Shown here: positions 29,151-44,899 of the stretch, piece after piece
Numbering within the stretch: position 1 is the first letter of the stretch
Layout of the letters: every line of letters begins with the position of its first letter
DNA from: Eledone cirrhosa
Taxonomy: Eukaryota
Direction of reading: 5' to 3'
DNA length: 64,000 nt
Assembly (NCBI GenBank): GCA_964016885.1
Contig: OZ024741.1
Location: 369,706,001-369,770,000 of the forward strand
Position numbers and translations under genes: made by a program
The notes under the pieces: generated by a model
Databases searched by the model: none
Seen by the model: the letters and a program-made list of their open reading frames with translations, nothing else
What the model was told of the DNA's origin: nothing

Positions 29151-29640
29151 TTTAATAAATTGAGAAAAAGTTATATCTTATGAGCCCTTAGAGAAAGCAA
29201 GTTATTACAAGCGCAGTTCCTAGCAACCCAAGAGAGTAGAATGTCAGTAGTCTATATACAGGCGTGAAGAGATATTTTTGTTACATCACAAAGGACCACA
29301 GTAATTCGAATGACCATCATACTATACATACACAAGGCTTATCAGTAGGTACCCGAACTAGGTAGCCAATTGGTATTCACAAGTATATAGAAAGGTATCA
29401 CAAAGGCACAGGCCTCACTCAAGTAAATGTGGTTAATATATATGGTATTGCTGAGTGAAACAAGTAAATACATTCAAGGCATAAAAAGAAGCCATACATA
29501 AGCAGGTTTAGGTTAGTGTGCGATAGAATTTAAGCAGTCTCGATATATTAGTTATTATAAGAGTTGTTATAAAGTAATTGGCAAAGTTATTATTCATGCA
29601 TAATTAGCAATACAAGCAGGACTAATTGTTTGCACATCTA

Positions 29641-29706
<66 letters not shown>

Positions 29707-29869
29707 TCCTCAGGGAAGTGACGTAATGCAGACAGTCAGACATACAGACAGATATTATAAGGGCGCGACGTTATATGTATGTATCTATCTAAAAAGAGAA
29801 AGACTAAGAATTATAGAGAGAGATCGCTAAATCGCCTAATGCGATCCCTAGGGCATTAAAAATTTGAAA

Positions 29870-30838
29870 TTTCATTTGCTCAGAACACTCCCTGAAACAT
29901 AAGTATTACATGTGTAAAGTTTGAAAACAGTCGGTTGGGAGGTTCTCGAGTTATAGGGATTCAAACTCACACACACACAGACAGACATCCTGAGTTTTAT
30001 ATATATAGACTAGCAGAAAACCACCCGGTGGGCGGTTTTCTGCTAGCAAATCTAGTGTATATACTGATATTGTTGAGATGTGGATGAGAAATGTTTTCGG
30101 CACCACATGTTCACCGTCTCTCGGTGTGTCTTTTATGCATGTATAAATATATATGTTATCTATACGGTGAAATCTTTGAAATAAATATATGTTAAAACGA
30201 AAAAGGAGAAAATAAATAACTGGCGGTTAGAAAAAAATATTCCTATGAAATTTTAATCATACCATTAGGTGTGAATAAGGAAATATTTTTTTATTGTCAA
30301 AACAAATGTTCAAAAGTTAAACTTCAATTTTTTGAATTATTTCCAATTTTTTCATGAAATTGAACACTGGACATTGGCTGCTGGAAATGGAAATTAAATC
30401 GTATTTAATTGTATTTAAATTTCTAACCTTATTTTATTATTTATATTTTTTCAATAAGAAATAAAAAAAAAACAACAAAGAAAATTGAAGAAAAAAATTG
30501 AACAAATCAAACGTAGGTTATGGAACTGCGCAATCTGATTAATAAATTACCTCATCAGCAGCAACCTTCTTCAAATGGTCCTTATTATCAGCAGCAACAA
30601 CCACAAATTCAATGGCAACCTTCTTCGCATGGTGTCAAGTCAGAACCGCCTCGAACTTGTTACTTCTGGCTTGTGCAAGGTGTCTCTATAGCAACCAGCG
30701 ATTCCCTCGGCCTCAGTGACCAACGTCAGTGGAGAGAGGAAGGTAATGTTTCTATAGCGACAGTGTTTCTCTTGGTAGTACCAAAGTGGAGAAAGGAAGG
30801 GGAAGGTAATATTTCTGTAGCACGTGTTTTAGCGTCTA

Positions 30839-30875
<37 letters not shown>

Positions 30876-31000
30876 TCTCCCTCCCGCTATCCCCCTCTCG
30901 TAGTCTGTCTCTTTCTTTCACTCTCACTCTCTCTCTATGTACGTGTTTCCACTGTCAGACAGACAGACAGAGAAATTGCTGGTTATATATATAAGTAGAT
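29870..31000 (-). mobile_element. Probable non-autonomous Helitron-like elements in tandem
   Basis: Minus-strand 5' TCTA..TATATA starts next to (CTGT)n at about 30999 and 30009; 3' CTAG with hairpin CTAGCAGAAAACC..GGTTTTCTGCTAG at 30010-30046. Confidence 0.45.
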
Positions 31001-32021
31001 AATTTTTTCATTACGTCTTTAGACCTCTCTTTTCTTCTCTCACTGAGACATTGTAAAGTATTTGTATTTGATTGATTTTGATAAGTTATGCTTGCATGAA
31101 TGGACTATTGATTCCTGTTATTCTAACGAAAAGTTCGTAAATCTATTGAATGCTTTAATGATAATCCTTCTCTAAACTTTCGTTTATATATACATATTGA
31201 GCGTACCGTTATCTAGGATTCAAAGAATTATTCAAAACCAGACGTACTGTTTTTCACTGACTCTTTGAATGTAAAATGAAACGATTTAAAGAAACGTTCT
31301 TTTAATACTGGACATAGTGTTATATACTGTTTCGTTGGAAATAGGATGAAATGATTAAAAAAATAACAACCTTATTTCAATATCAGACGTACCGTTATTC
31401 TTTACCCACTGTCCCTTTGAATGTAGAGTAAAATGATTTAAGGAAACGTTAGTCTAATACATTTACATATTTTTTGCTTGTTTATATATACTGCTCATAT
31501 ATTTCGATTGAGTTATAATGACTTGATGAGCTATTTCTAGCTCTCCCATCAACCTCTTTGCTGCCCACATGGCGCACAAAAAGCACATGTAATGCTTTCA
31601 TTCTAACGTCGGGTCATTTGCCTATCTCATAACGGTTAAGAGTATGTTATTCAGCTGGTCTCCTAATGGGCAGAATATATTTTGTTGTACTTGAAAAAAG
31701 ACATCGTCTAGCGAGGGGAATCTATGTCTTTAATTCACTAATTCTGCCTTGCTTATTTTAACCATGGTAATTAGTAGATTTTTTTTCCTCTAAAATCCGA
31801 AACAGCTGTATAGGTGTAATTCATGTATAACAAGTAATGTAAGTAATTTTTATATATTCTGATTACTTTTGTACCATGTCATATGTATTACAATACATAA
31901 TTAACATTGACTCAGTAATATTCTCGCATAAGTGTACAGGGCTTTTTCACATCTTATTTTCTATTGAACTTTTTACAGAACAACAAAATCGAGATGATTT
32001 TATATCGATTTACTTTTTGCT

Positions 32022-32172
<151 letters not shown>

Positions 32173-32613
32173 GCAGCAAGTACCATTCAATAGCATACTT
32201 GTACACAAACACACACTGACACACAACGCACCTCCTTGTTCAGATAACTCCTGACAAAGCACCACATACTCACGCAACACCTCACACACACACACACACG
32301 CATACACACACACACATGTATATATACACACACACGCATGTATATATATATACACACACACAAGCACATCACATATTTACATACAATGACGAAACATTAA
32401 AACATCTAAACATGCTCGGAAACACCAGAAACATAAAGGCTCGTTCCGCCCTAGAAACAAGCTCTAAAGTAAAAAGAAAATAATAAAAAATAAACACAGG
32501 AAATAATAATAATCGAAATAAGCAAAGCAAAAGCAAATATATACAAAAACAAACATAAGCAAAAAATCTACAAAAACCAACATTAACAATAATATAATAC
32601 CGTATAAAAAAGG

Positions 32614-32688
<75 letters not shown>

Positions 32689-32769
32689 GCGAGAGAGAGA
32701 GAGATGGAGAGGGGGGAGAAGAGAGGAAATGAGGGAGGGCAAATGTGATTATTTGAAGCGCGTATAAAG

Positions 32770-32930
32770 CAAAAACTTCCTGATGATATAACTGACGTGT
32801 GTAAATCACATAACAGTTTCAGACATGCGCTCGACTAATTGCAGTTACTATATATACAATATGGCAGCGACAGCGATGGGGAAATTGAATCAAAATGGCG
32901 GCTCTATTTACACGGAAGTTGCCTCTCTTT
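32770..32930. promoter_or_regulatory. Candidate housekeeping-type promoter
   Basis: YY1-like CAAAATGGCGGC 32891-902 and AATATGGCAGC 32858-68; ETS-like ACGGAAGT 32912-19 and ACTTCCTG 32775-82; TGACGT 32793-98; CATGCGC 32824-30; unique, locally CpG-richer DNA. Confidence 0.45.
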
Positions 32931-33647
32931 CACACTCCTGCCTGCCCTGCCTCGCTGGCTGTCTAAGTGCCTCCCCTACCTCCCTGCCTGTTCAAATCCC
33001 TAGTTGCCTCCCCTCCTTGCCTCACAAAGTAACCGCGCGTCTCAATTGCAAATAAACTCTTTGTACTGTCGTGAGCGAAAGTAATGATTGTGTTTGTGTT
33101 TATATAAATATAAGTATGTTTGTATGTATATATAGGCGGGCGCATGTGTGTATATATATGTATGCATGTATGTATATATATGTATGCATGTATGTATGCA
33201 TGTATGTATGTATGTATGCATGTATGAATAAATATACAACGTAAATATGTGTATGTGTATACGTACATATAGTCATATTTACACATATATGCACACATAT
33301 ACTAGCATATTTATACATATATATACGTATGCATATTTATATATATATGTATAAAAATACACATATTTATATAACTATATGTGTGTATATATGTCATTTA
33401 TGAGCTTGTCTGTATAAGATGTGTGTGTGTGTGTCTGTATAAGATGTGTGTGTGTGTATAGGATGAAAATCTGATTATTGCTGATTGTTAATTTTAGGGG
33501 TAAGTGTATCTTGATACTTCGCGCCACAATACGCCATGTTACACAACATAACTTCTTCTACACATGCATAACGACACGCTCACATAACGTGTGCATAAAT
33601 ACATACATACTTAAAGATATGCATACACACACACGTATGTATATGTA

Positions 33648-33705
<58 letters not shown>

Positions 33706-34142
33706 CGCGCGCGTGTGTGTGTGTGTGTGTGTGTGTACATATATGTGTCTACACACACACACACACACATGCATATATATACATATAGATGTATGTATGT
33801 GTGCGTGTGTGCGTGTACATGCGTTCGCGTGTGTGTGTATGTGTTTTGTCTGTGTTTGTATATGTATGTGCGTTTGTTTGTGTTCGTGTGAGTGTTCACT
33901 TATTTTCCCCTACATACAACTAAGCGATAGTTGTTCCATTAGATCAAATTAGTAAAGCGTTGAAAATGTAGTGGTGGGGTTCGTGTTTCTGGGAGGAAGA
34001 CTCAAGATAGAAAAAGGGAAGAGGGGGTCAGACAAAATGGCGATGGTAGATAGTAAAGAAAGAAGGAGGGAGTATATATAATTGAAGTAAGCGAAATGCA
34101 GGCGAAATTTCTCTCTCTCTCTCTCGCTCTCTCTCCCTCCCC

Positions 34143-34478
<336 letters not shown>

Positions 34479-34489
34479 ATAGATATATA

Positions 34490-34979
<490 letters not shown>

Positions 34980-34980
34980 T

Positions 34981-35032
<52 letters not shown>

Positions 35033-35844
35033 CGTTACCGTGAACGAATAAAATAAGGAATGATTCCATTCATAAAACTGCCCATTGCCAAACACGGATT
35101 ACATAGAATCAAGATCAGAGAACCTGTTTCTGCAGACAATCAGAATATTTTCCCTTAATGAAAATGCCTATTCAACAGCGAGATTTGTGAGTGTAGAAGT
35201 TCCTCATCCGAGAGTTGATCGGTGCAACGGCCAATCCTTTCAAGAAACGTTTCTATACACAAGTCCTCTCATTCAAAAAACGACATCAATCAAACTACTT
35301 TTTAAGCAAAATATGCCTGGGATTTGAAAGGCAGGAATATCAAATACCACTATACCTGGTCCACAATAGGACCAGCAAAACCATATTTGTGTGAATACAG
35401 AGAGTGTGACTTGTGTACAGTCAAAATACTGGACATTTTTGTCGTCGTAGTTGCTGGTGGTGGTGGAGAGAGTGTTTTACTTAGCTGTTGCTAAAGCAAG
35501 TAAAGAACATGGTGTTCTTTTGTGACTTCATATATTTTGATTTTTGTTGCCTTCTGTGCGTCGGTGGTGACATGAATTCCAGTTGATTTTCGGTTGTTAC
35601 ATTTTATCGGCGCCGTGTGGAAATATTTCCCTCCATTTGTATTTGAAATACAGCTTTCCCTACTAATTGCTGAAAATAAAAAGAAGTCGGCTGATTGTTC
35701 GGGGTCCCGCTTGGTCTAGCCACAATGTAATATAAAAATGGTTTTTAAAAACAGGCAAATAAACAACACATTTACGAACCAATTTGAATTACATCTTATA
35801 GAGAAAATAAAAAAAAACAACACCAAAAGAAAAAATAATAATGA

Positions 35845-36055
35845 TTTCGATATTAAACATGAGGCGAACAATTTAGAAGATAGGGAAAGTGGATTATATT
35901 GACCACAGTAAGTTACTGATGTTTCATCTTATCTATTCCAGGTCAATGAAAGACAAAATAGACCTCGATAAGATTTGAAATCAGAACGTGGAGAGCCATA
36001 AGGAAACACTGTAATGCACTTCATCCGATGCTCTAACGATTCTGCCAATCCAGTG
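35845..36055 (-). mobile_element. Old copy of the tRNA-derived SINE seen at 59247-59436
   Basis: ATGAAAGACAAAATAGACCTCG..GATTTGAAATCAGAA..CTCTAACGATTCTGCCAAT is collinear with the younger copy. Confidence 0.65.
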
Positions 36056-36090
36056 AATAATAATAATAATAATATTAATAATAACAATAA

Positions 36091-36566
36091 TCTTCGAAGT
36101 GGTATGAGCATAAGCCAGAGTCGGTGATAGAAAAGGATCAGGTGAAGGTGCTATGGGGTTTTAGGATACAGACGGACAAGAAGTTAGAACACAATAGGCC
36201 TGACCTGGTGGTTTTAGACAAGGAAAAAAGATCGTGTCTGATTGTAGATGTGGCCTGCCCATTTGACACGAGAGTGCAAGAAAAGGAGAGGGAGAAAATT
36301 AACCGATACCAGGACTTAAAGAGGGAGTTAAAAAGGATTTGGAACTGCCATGAAATCAAGGTCGTCCCGATTGTCATAGGCGCACTAGGTACTATCTCAA
36401 AGAGTTTCCAAGGATGGTTAAAGAAGATTAGTCCAGCTCCGCTTTTTGGAACACTTCAAAAGGCATGCTTGCTGGGAACAGCAAGAACCCTCCGATTCGT
36501 CCTGAATATCTGAGGCTGCAGGTAGAGGCTTGATATTCATTTCAACAAACTTTACTGTTAAATAAC
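36091..36566 (+). mobile_element. 5'-truncated R4/Dong-clade non-LTR element (restriction-like endonuclease domain; ORF 36124-36513)
   Basis: LWGFRIQTD..HNRPDLVVLDK..IVDVACP..EKINRYQDL..VVPIVIGALG..LQKACLLGTARTLR; (TAA)n upstream and shortly downstream, the known Dong target type. Confidence 0.88.
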
Positions 36567-36647
36567 TGTTTCTACGTTAAGCACAAGGCCAGCAACCTGT
36601 TAAATAACATCAATGACTGAGACTCAAAGAACAACAATAATAATAAC

Positions 36648-36684
<37 letters not shown>

Positions 36685-37163
36685 TAATAATAATAATAAT
36701 AATAATAAGAAGAAGAAGAAGAGGAAGAAGATGAAAAAAAATAAGAGCGAACAGAAAAAGGCAGAGACAAAACAAAAACTAAAAAAAAGGCAATAGACAA
36801 AGAAAGGTAAAGTCAGAGATGGCTGACACCAAAGGAAGATTTCAACAATAGCAGACGACAGCCTTTGGTTACAATTAGAACGGATATATTTGTGTGATTA
36901 TCTGGTGGGATCAGTAATTTGTACATGACAACGGTTTGATGAGGGAATTTGATTAAGGCTTACTGGGAAATGTATAAAGGTTATATAGTTTGTAAACAGA
37001 GAGAGAGAGGGAGGGGAGTAAGAGAGAGAGAGAGAGAGAAAGAGGAGAAACAGAAAGGAACTTGCAAATTGCACATATTTTGCTGTCTGTTTGTGTGTGT
37101 GTGTATATATATATATATATACATACTTATTTACATACATATGCACGCACGCACACAGTCTTG

Positions 37164-37248
<85 letters not shown>

Positions 37249-37596
37249 GCGCACATACATATGGATAGATAGATAGATACTTGCCTACATAAAGGCATAC
37301 CTCTCTATTTCCTACCTGACTGTGTGTGAGTGTATATATACATTCATAGGCACCTATCCACATATCTATTTATCGACTTGCTGCTGGTTGTGCTGCTGCT
37401 GTTGATGCTACTGGTGTTGCCGCCGCCTCCGCCGCTGCTGCAGTAGGTAGTGGTAGATGTATGTATGTATGTATGTATGTATGTATGTATGTATGTATGT
37501 ATGTATGTATGTATGTATGTATGTATTTATGTATGTATGTATGTATGTATGTATGTATGTATGTATGTATGTATGTATGTATGTATGTATGTATGT

Positions 37597-37636
<40 letters not shown>

Positions 37637-37768
37637 GTATTTAGTTCTTTTTTCTTCGTTTGTTAAAGGAAAGAAGATAGAAGTCTTTAAATACCAAAGA
37701 TTGGATATTTTCTTTCAGGCGGGACGTAGTGTTATTGTTGCTGTTGTTGTTGCTGTTGTTGTTGCTGC

Positions 37769-37799
<31 letters not shown>

Positions 37800-38276
37800 A
37801 GTGGTGGAGTTGCTGATGATGTTGGTAAATAAAGTATAGCTAGAAAAAAAGGGAAATGGTGGTTTCGCAATGGGTCCGGATGTGGCCATGTGAAAGAGGG
37901 AACAAGAAGAAAACAAAGGGTGAAAGAGAGGGGGAGGGAAGGAGCGGAAAGAAGGTAAAGGAAAACGAAATCAAATATAAAAAAGGAGGGGTTTGTGTGT
38001 GTTGGCGGGGTGGAGTCGGTAAAACATGAAAAGATGTGGTAGATTATTGAGGCGAAAGATAAAAAGGGGAGATTTGGAATGATTTGGAAGGATGAGAAGA
38101 GAAGTTAAGGGAAGAAAAATAGAGTGAATTAAATTGTAGAGGGGTGGTGTTGGGGAAGACGGAGAGGAAGGGTTCAAATGAGAAAAGACAAGAAATCTGA
38201 TATATATATCAAGAGTGTGAAACTAATAAACCTTTGTTTGTACTGCCTCTCTGTTTGGTTCCCGTTCCATTTTTCA

Positions 38277-38329
<53 letters not shown>

Positions 38330-38519
38330 TAAAATAACAGATTAAAGTGTAAGCCAAGAATCGCTGCTTTCACCCTTATAATATAATATAATATATATAA
38401 TATATATATATATATAATATAATATAATATAATATAATATAATATATATAATATATATATATATAATATAATATAATATAATATAATATAATATAATATA
38501 ATATAATATAATATAATTG

Positions 38520-38631
38520 TTTCTATTTTTAGGCACAAGGCCAGCAATTACCCAGTACATTACTGGTACTTTATTTTATCGACCCCGTAAGGATGAAAGG
38601 CAAAATTAACCTCGGCGGGATTTGAACTGAG

Positions 38632-38633
<2 letters not shown>
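38520..38633 (-). mobile_element. 5'-truncated SINE
   Basis: Near-identical to 59249-59368. Confidence 0.85.
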
Positions 38634-38678
<45 letters not shown>

Positions 38679-38684
<6 letters not shown>

Positions 38685-39192
38685 ATACTTTGGGAGGGTC
38701 ATGTTGCCAATAAGAAACACACGCACCAGTTGCTTTCACTTCAATTTAATTTATTAAATATTTATAAATTTACAAATTTATAAATTTCTGGTTGGTTGGT
38801 TGGTTCCACAACCAGATAGTTGTTTATATATATATAGTCATAGTTCTTTCGTCACACACTCTGTGACCTCTTCAGTGACTGGGGATTTCTTTCTTCGTTT
38901 CTGTGCCTTCCCTTTCTTCTATCCTACGCCATTTTTGAAAAATGGCGTAGGATAGAAGAAAGGGAAGGCACAGAAACGAAGAAAGAAATCCCCAGTCACT
39001 GAAGAGGTCACAGAGTGTGTGACGAAAGAACTATGACTATATATATATAAACAACTATCTGGTTGTGGAACCAACCAACCAACCAGAAATTTATAAATTT
39101 GTAAATTTATAAATATTTAATAAATTAAATTGAAGTGAAGCAACTGGTGCGTGTGTTTCTTATTGGCAACATGACCCTCCCAAAGTATAACA

Positions 39193-39194
<2 letters not shown>
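38679..39194. mobile_element. Near-perfect 516-bp palindrome of the family A pseudo-LTR with two HHRs (38836-38880 minus, 38994-39038 plus)
   Basis: Centre GCCATTTTT-G-AAAAATGGC at 38937; AGTCA-CTGAAGA-G-GTCACA gagtg TGTGAC-GAAA-GAAC-TA-TGACT; homologous to 52767-53015. Confidence 0.9.
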
Positions 39195-39249
<55 letters not shown>

Positions 39250-39255
<6 letters not shown>

Positions 39256-40263
39256 TAGACAAATAATGAATAAACAATTCCTTATATTAAACAAAAAAAG
39301 TTCATTATTTAACGATCGTTTCTAGGGTATATATGTGTTATAATTGGTATGCATATTCAACAGATCTATGTACAAAATTATACAAAATTATACAAATTAT
39401 CAAGATTAAATATACATACCTAACACATATATACGCCGTCTTCAGAAATAATGAAGTATATTTATTGATAATAACAACAATTCAAAATATCAGTTCAAAA
39501 TTGACCAATGAAAACACAAAGGGTTAAAAGCAGTTCGGTGTGTGTATATACATATAAAATCCTTACACATATTTTACAAAAATGTGTGTATAATTTGTAT
39601 ACGCATACTAAAAAGATGGATGCAAACACAAAATTTCAAGGTTAATATCTCTGTAAGCTTAATGCGCTGATAAGATGCGCATTGATACTTATGGAGTCAA
39701 GCATATAAATATATTTTTTCATACTCACACATATCAGTATAATCACACATACATGCGCGTATATGCATAAATATACACATAACCACGAACATACAAACAC
39801 ACACACTCCCCCACTCACATTTATATATGTGGATATAAAATCATAAGCACATAGAAATTAAGTCACTCACATAAAACACTGGCACACACATTTCAAGATC
39901 AAGATACAGAAATTAGGTGGGAGGGGGGGAGGGGTCAGTATTCAATTGTCTGAGCAGACTGCCTAATATAAATGTATCTATAAATTAAGAAAAATAAAAA
40001 AATAAAACAATAAAATATAATAAAATATACATACACATACAGATATATATACACATACATACATGTACGCGCACATAGAGATATTTACGCATACACACAT
40101 ACACACATACATATACAGTCATACACACACATACACTTACACGAACATACACATACACATATAAAAAGATATATATATACACACACACACGCGCAACACA
40201 TACACACATACACATATATATAAAAAATAGATAATAAAGATATATATCCATATATATATATAT

Positions 40264-40320
<57 letters not shown>

Positions 40321-40399
40321 TATACATATACATACACATACATCTAAATATACATACACATACATACACACATACATGTACATACATATACGCACATCG

Positions 40400-40438
<39 letters not shown>

Positions 40439-40550
40439 TATACACTCACATAGACATATAGATACATACACACACAACTTACATACACACGTATATATAT
40501 ATATATAGATGTACCTTCATACATAGAATTAGATATATACATATGCACCT
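39250..40550 (-). mobile_element. Family E copy 2 with long-stem-II HHR at 39301-39455
   Basis: Collinear with 21970-22800; same 10-bp stem I, CTGAAGA core, GAAA-CGATCG-TT and 116-nt stem II. Confidence 0.8.
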
Positions 40551-40609
40551 ACTATTGAGTTCTTCATACGGATTGGACACTACCGTAAACTCTTGGTAGA
40601 TTTATCTAC

Positions 40610-40654
<45 letters not shown>

Positions 40655-40731
40655 CTACCGCGCTTGCGCTGTCCTTTTATTTTTAAATGCACTTTATCAA
40701 GTAACCACACATATCCCTGTCTCTTCCAAAA

Positions 40732-40775
<44 letters not shown>

Positions 40776-40834
40776 TTATATTTATATTTATATTTATATT
40801 TATATATTTATATTTATATTTATAGTTATATTTA

Positions 40835-41004
<170 letters not shown>

Positions 41005-41208
41005 TAGATAGATATAGATATACATATATATGTAACTACATATACATATATGTATATATATTTCTGATTTTTGCGTTTCTCTTCGCTTTTCCTGCCCGCC
41101 GAAAATGCGATTCTCGCTGAATCTTTATTTATATAATTATATATATATATATATGCAACACGGAGTGGAATCGAATTCTGTCGATCGATTGGTTGTTGAT
41201 TAGGTAAA

Positions 41209-41314
41209 ACCCGCTGATGAAGTCACATACGCCGATTGTGCATTGTTGCATAATAAATGCAGATGCTGTGCACTCTATTGCTACATTAAGTGTGGCAGAA
41301 ACTCGAGTTCGGGT
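41209..41314 (+). ncRNA. HHR with 77-nt stem II region in a short (TA)n-flanked element (about 41155-41458)
   Basis: ACCCG-CTGATGA-A-GTCACAT..GTGTGGC-A-GAAA-CTCGAG-TT-CGGGT. Confidence 0.8.
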
Positions 41315-41461
41315 ATATATTGAAGGTACCCATTTACGAGTGTTGTATTAAAGAGAATAACCATGTGTCTAATCTGGAAGTTTACTTAACTTTACCTTTT
41401 GAGTACGGTGAGATGCACCCGGTACTAGCAGTGAAACCCATACTGGTCCCGTCAACATATG

Positions 41462-41492
<31 letters not shown>

Positions 41493-41493
41493 A

Positions 41494-42199
<706 letters not shown>

Positions 42200-42529
42200 C
42201 ATACATATACAACTCACACGCATGCACATAAACACACACACACACATATATAGTATATATTGGAGTGTGATCTAGTGATGTCAGTAGATCCCAAAGAAGG
42301 AAGAACTGAATATGTATTATAGAGTAGCTATATCAGTTTATTTATTTCTCCCTTCTGGGGAACGTAGGGCACACTCGCTTTGCTAATACAATTTGGCGAC
42401 ATTTTCGGAAGTCACAAACTTATATAACTACCCTATTACAGATATGTCGTTCTACCTCAATTGTGGACTACTGAGATCACTACATCGAAACCCAATACCC
42501 ACACAGACCCCCCCCACACACACAAACAT

Positions 42530-42560
<31 letters not shown>

Positions 42561-42701
42561 TATACATTTTAATTTATATTTTTAATTATTGCGTGTCTAC
42601 CCTACCTTTCATAGGTTATAGATTCCATACACTGGTGGTTTTTCCCTGTTTTATTGATGGCGCACTATCTCTCTCTAGCGTGTTACCTTTTCATCATATT
42701 G

Positions 42702-42732
<31 letters not shown>

Positions 42733-43166
42733 ACTTACTTTCATAACCTTGATAGTTTTCGGCCAGTATTGGCCCAGGCCATGTCAAACTTAATAGCAAA
42801 CCCGGTGAAGTCTTTTAAATCAAGATTTTGATACCATGGCCCAATCAAATAGAGAGTTAGTTTTCATGAGGCATATCCGGGAGTAAGGGATTTATCCGGA
42901 ATTCCTTGGGGGAATTTGTCCAAAGACGTTTTGAATTGTAGGGGATCTGTTTCTGTTTCATTGTGTTGTGTTAAAGAGAGCGGGACCAGTTGAGGTGAAA
43001 TAATCATGCCATAATATATATTTATAAATATATATATATTCAGTTTGTATGGCCTTTATAACATATGTTTATTGCTCTGGTCTCTTTTGGTCCATGGAGC
43101 GCTTGCCACACAAATCGGAAATTGAGTTTTGCTTATTTCTACCCGCCGAAATACGATTCTCGCTGA

Positions 43167-43211
<45 letters not shown>

Positions 43212-43262
43212 TATATACACACAAACACACACACACATTTATATATCTGTATGTATACACAA

Positions 43263-43304
<42 letters not shown>

Positions 43305-43636
43305 TGTGCGTACAAACTAATCAAGGAGGAGAGATAGAAGATTAGTTGTGAGAAGGATATGAGAGTAGTGAATGGGACAGTGTGCTCAATGCGTATAAGA
43401 TGCAAAAGAAACGAACAATGTAAGTAAGCAAGAGAAATAATGTCAAGCAAAACATTGTATAAGCAGAGGATTAATATATGAATTAAATGTTAGAGAAAAC
43501 AATACCAAATGTGTAATGGCTTACAATTGTTTCAAAAATCATATCAGCATTATGAACATTATCGATGATATAGTCGATTAGAGCAAATGATAATAAAAAG
43601 CAAAGAATGATATGGTCAGATTCCGAAAAGATATAC

Positions 43637-43727
<91 letters not shown>

Positions 43728-43728
<1 letters not shown>

Positions 43729-43985
43729 CGGAAGTTACTGATCTTATCGGCCTTTTCCTTCTTTTCTCTATCAAGGAAGAATTCTCCAACGAGGGCGGTG
43801 GTTTGTACCGTGATGATGGTCTCTTGACCATGACAAAGTGCGGCCCACGTGCTTGCGACAGGTTCAGAAAAGAACTCACAGCCTTCTTTAAAGGCTTCAA
43901 CCTCTCCATACAGGTAGAGGCCAACCTCTCGGTCGTTAATTACCTCGACGTTACCCTCAATTTGTCGAATGGCCTACACTACTGA
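43728..43985 (+). pseudogene. PLE RT fragment with YRDD motif (Hydra-like)
   Basis: SEVTDLIGLFLL..GLYRDDGL..GPRACDRFRKELTAFFK..NLSVVNYLDVTLNL. Confidence 0.8.
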
Positions 43986-44899
43986 AAATAAGAAATATAT
44001 TCATTGATATATATTTTTATGTATTGATTAAACCTAATTTGGAGATATAGTTCTGCTAGTTTTTAGTAAAGCTGTTTTATTGGACTACCACCTCGGAGCA
44101 ATTTTTAGCACTCCCTATGGATGTTGAAAATTATTTGAAACCATGTGTGTCCAGTCATATAATCACGAACGGAAGTCTAGCATGTTTGTATAGATATTTT
44201 GTAAGACACAATTCCTACTTCGATGTACTTTTACCAATATTGGTTATTGGTGATCGATACCAATCGCTAATATTGATTATTTGCATCTTTTTTTTTTCTG
44301 ATCCATGAAACACCCTGTTTAGGAAGAGAATTATTTATTGCCATCCAATTATAAGTGTATTTACTTACTGTTTTAATTCTTTGCACCTGTTATTTAGAAA
44401 TATCAAATTTACCCTCGAAAGTAAGTACTTTTCCTTGCTATTCTTTTCACTATACGTAAATGTACAGTATGCTGGCTGTTTCTCAATAATATTTCAATTT
44501 ATGTATCATTTAAATTTGTTGTTAACTATTATGTAGTTTTTTTATCTGATTAATTGAATTGAATCTTTTACTTTCGCTGTTGCGTTGTTGGATCCTTTTG
44601 AAGATGATCATGTAGTTTTTTTGCCTCATTCAGCTGTTTTTCTTCTTGTTTCAAGTAATTTTATTTCTGATTATTATGAGTTTCTTATTCTTAACTCAGA
44701 TACCAAAGCCAAAATCAAGTCAGAATTTATAGAAAAATTCTCAAAAGAATTTGTATTGATTCATTATAACCGTGCCTCGTTGATATCAAATATAATAAAA
44801 GGCATGTTGTTGAGTAGCATAAATGAGCCCAAAACATTAAAACTATCTTTAAAAGACTATTAAAATTGACCAGCCATCTATCAAATCATTTGAATTTAC

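Noticed and set aside
31530-31800. Unique sequence as a host coding exon
   Set aside because: The frames I tested close quickly and give no recognisable motif.
42745-42795. Minus-strand TTGACAT-GGCC..GGCC-GAAA
   Set aside because: Core and stem I are too degenerate to call from one copy.
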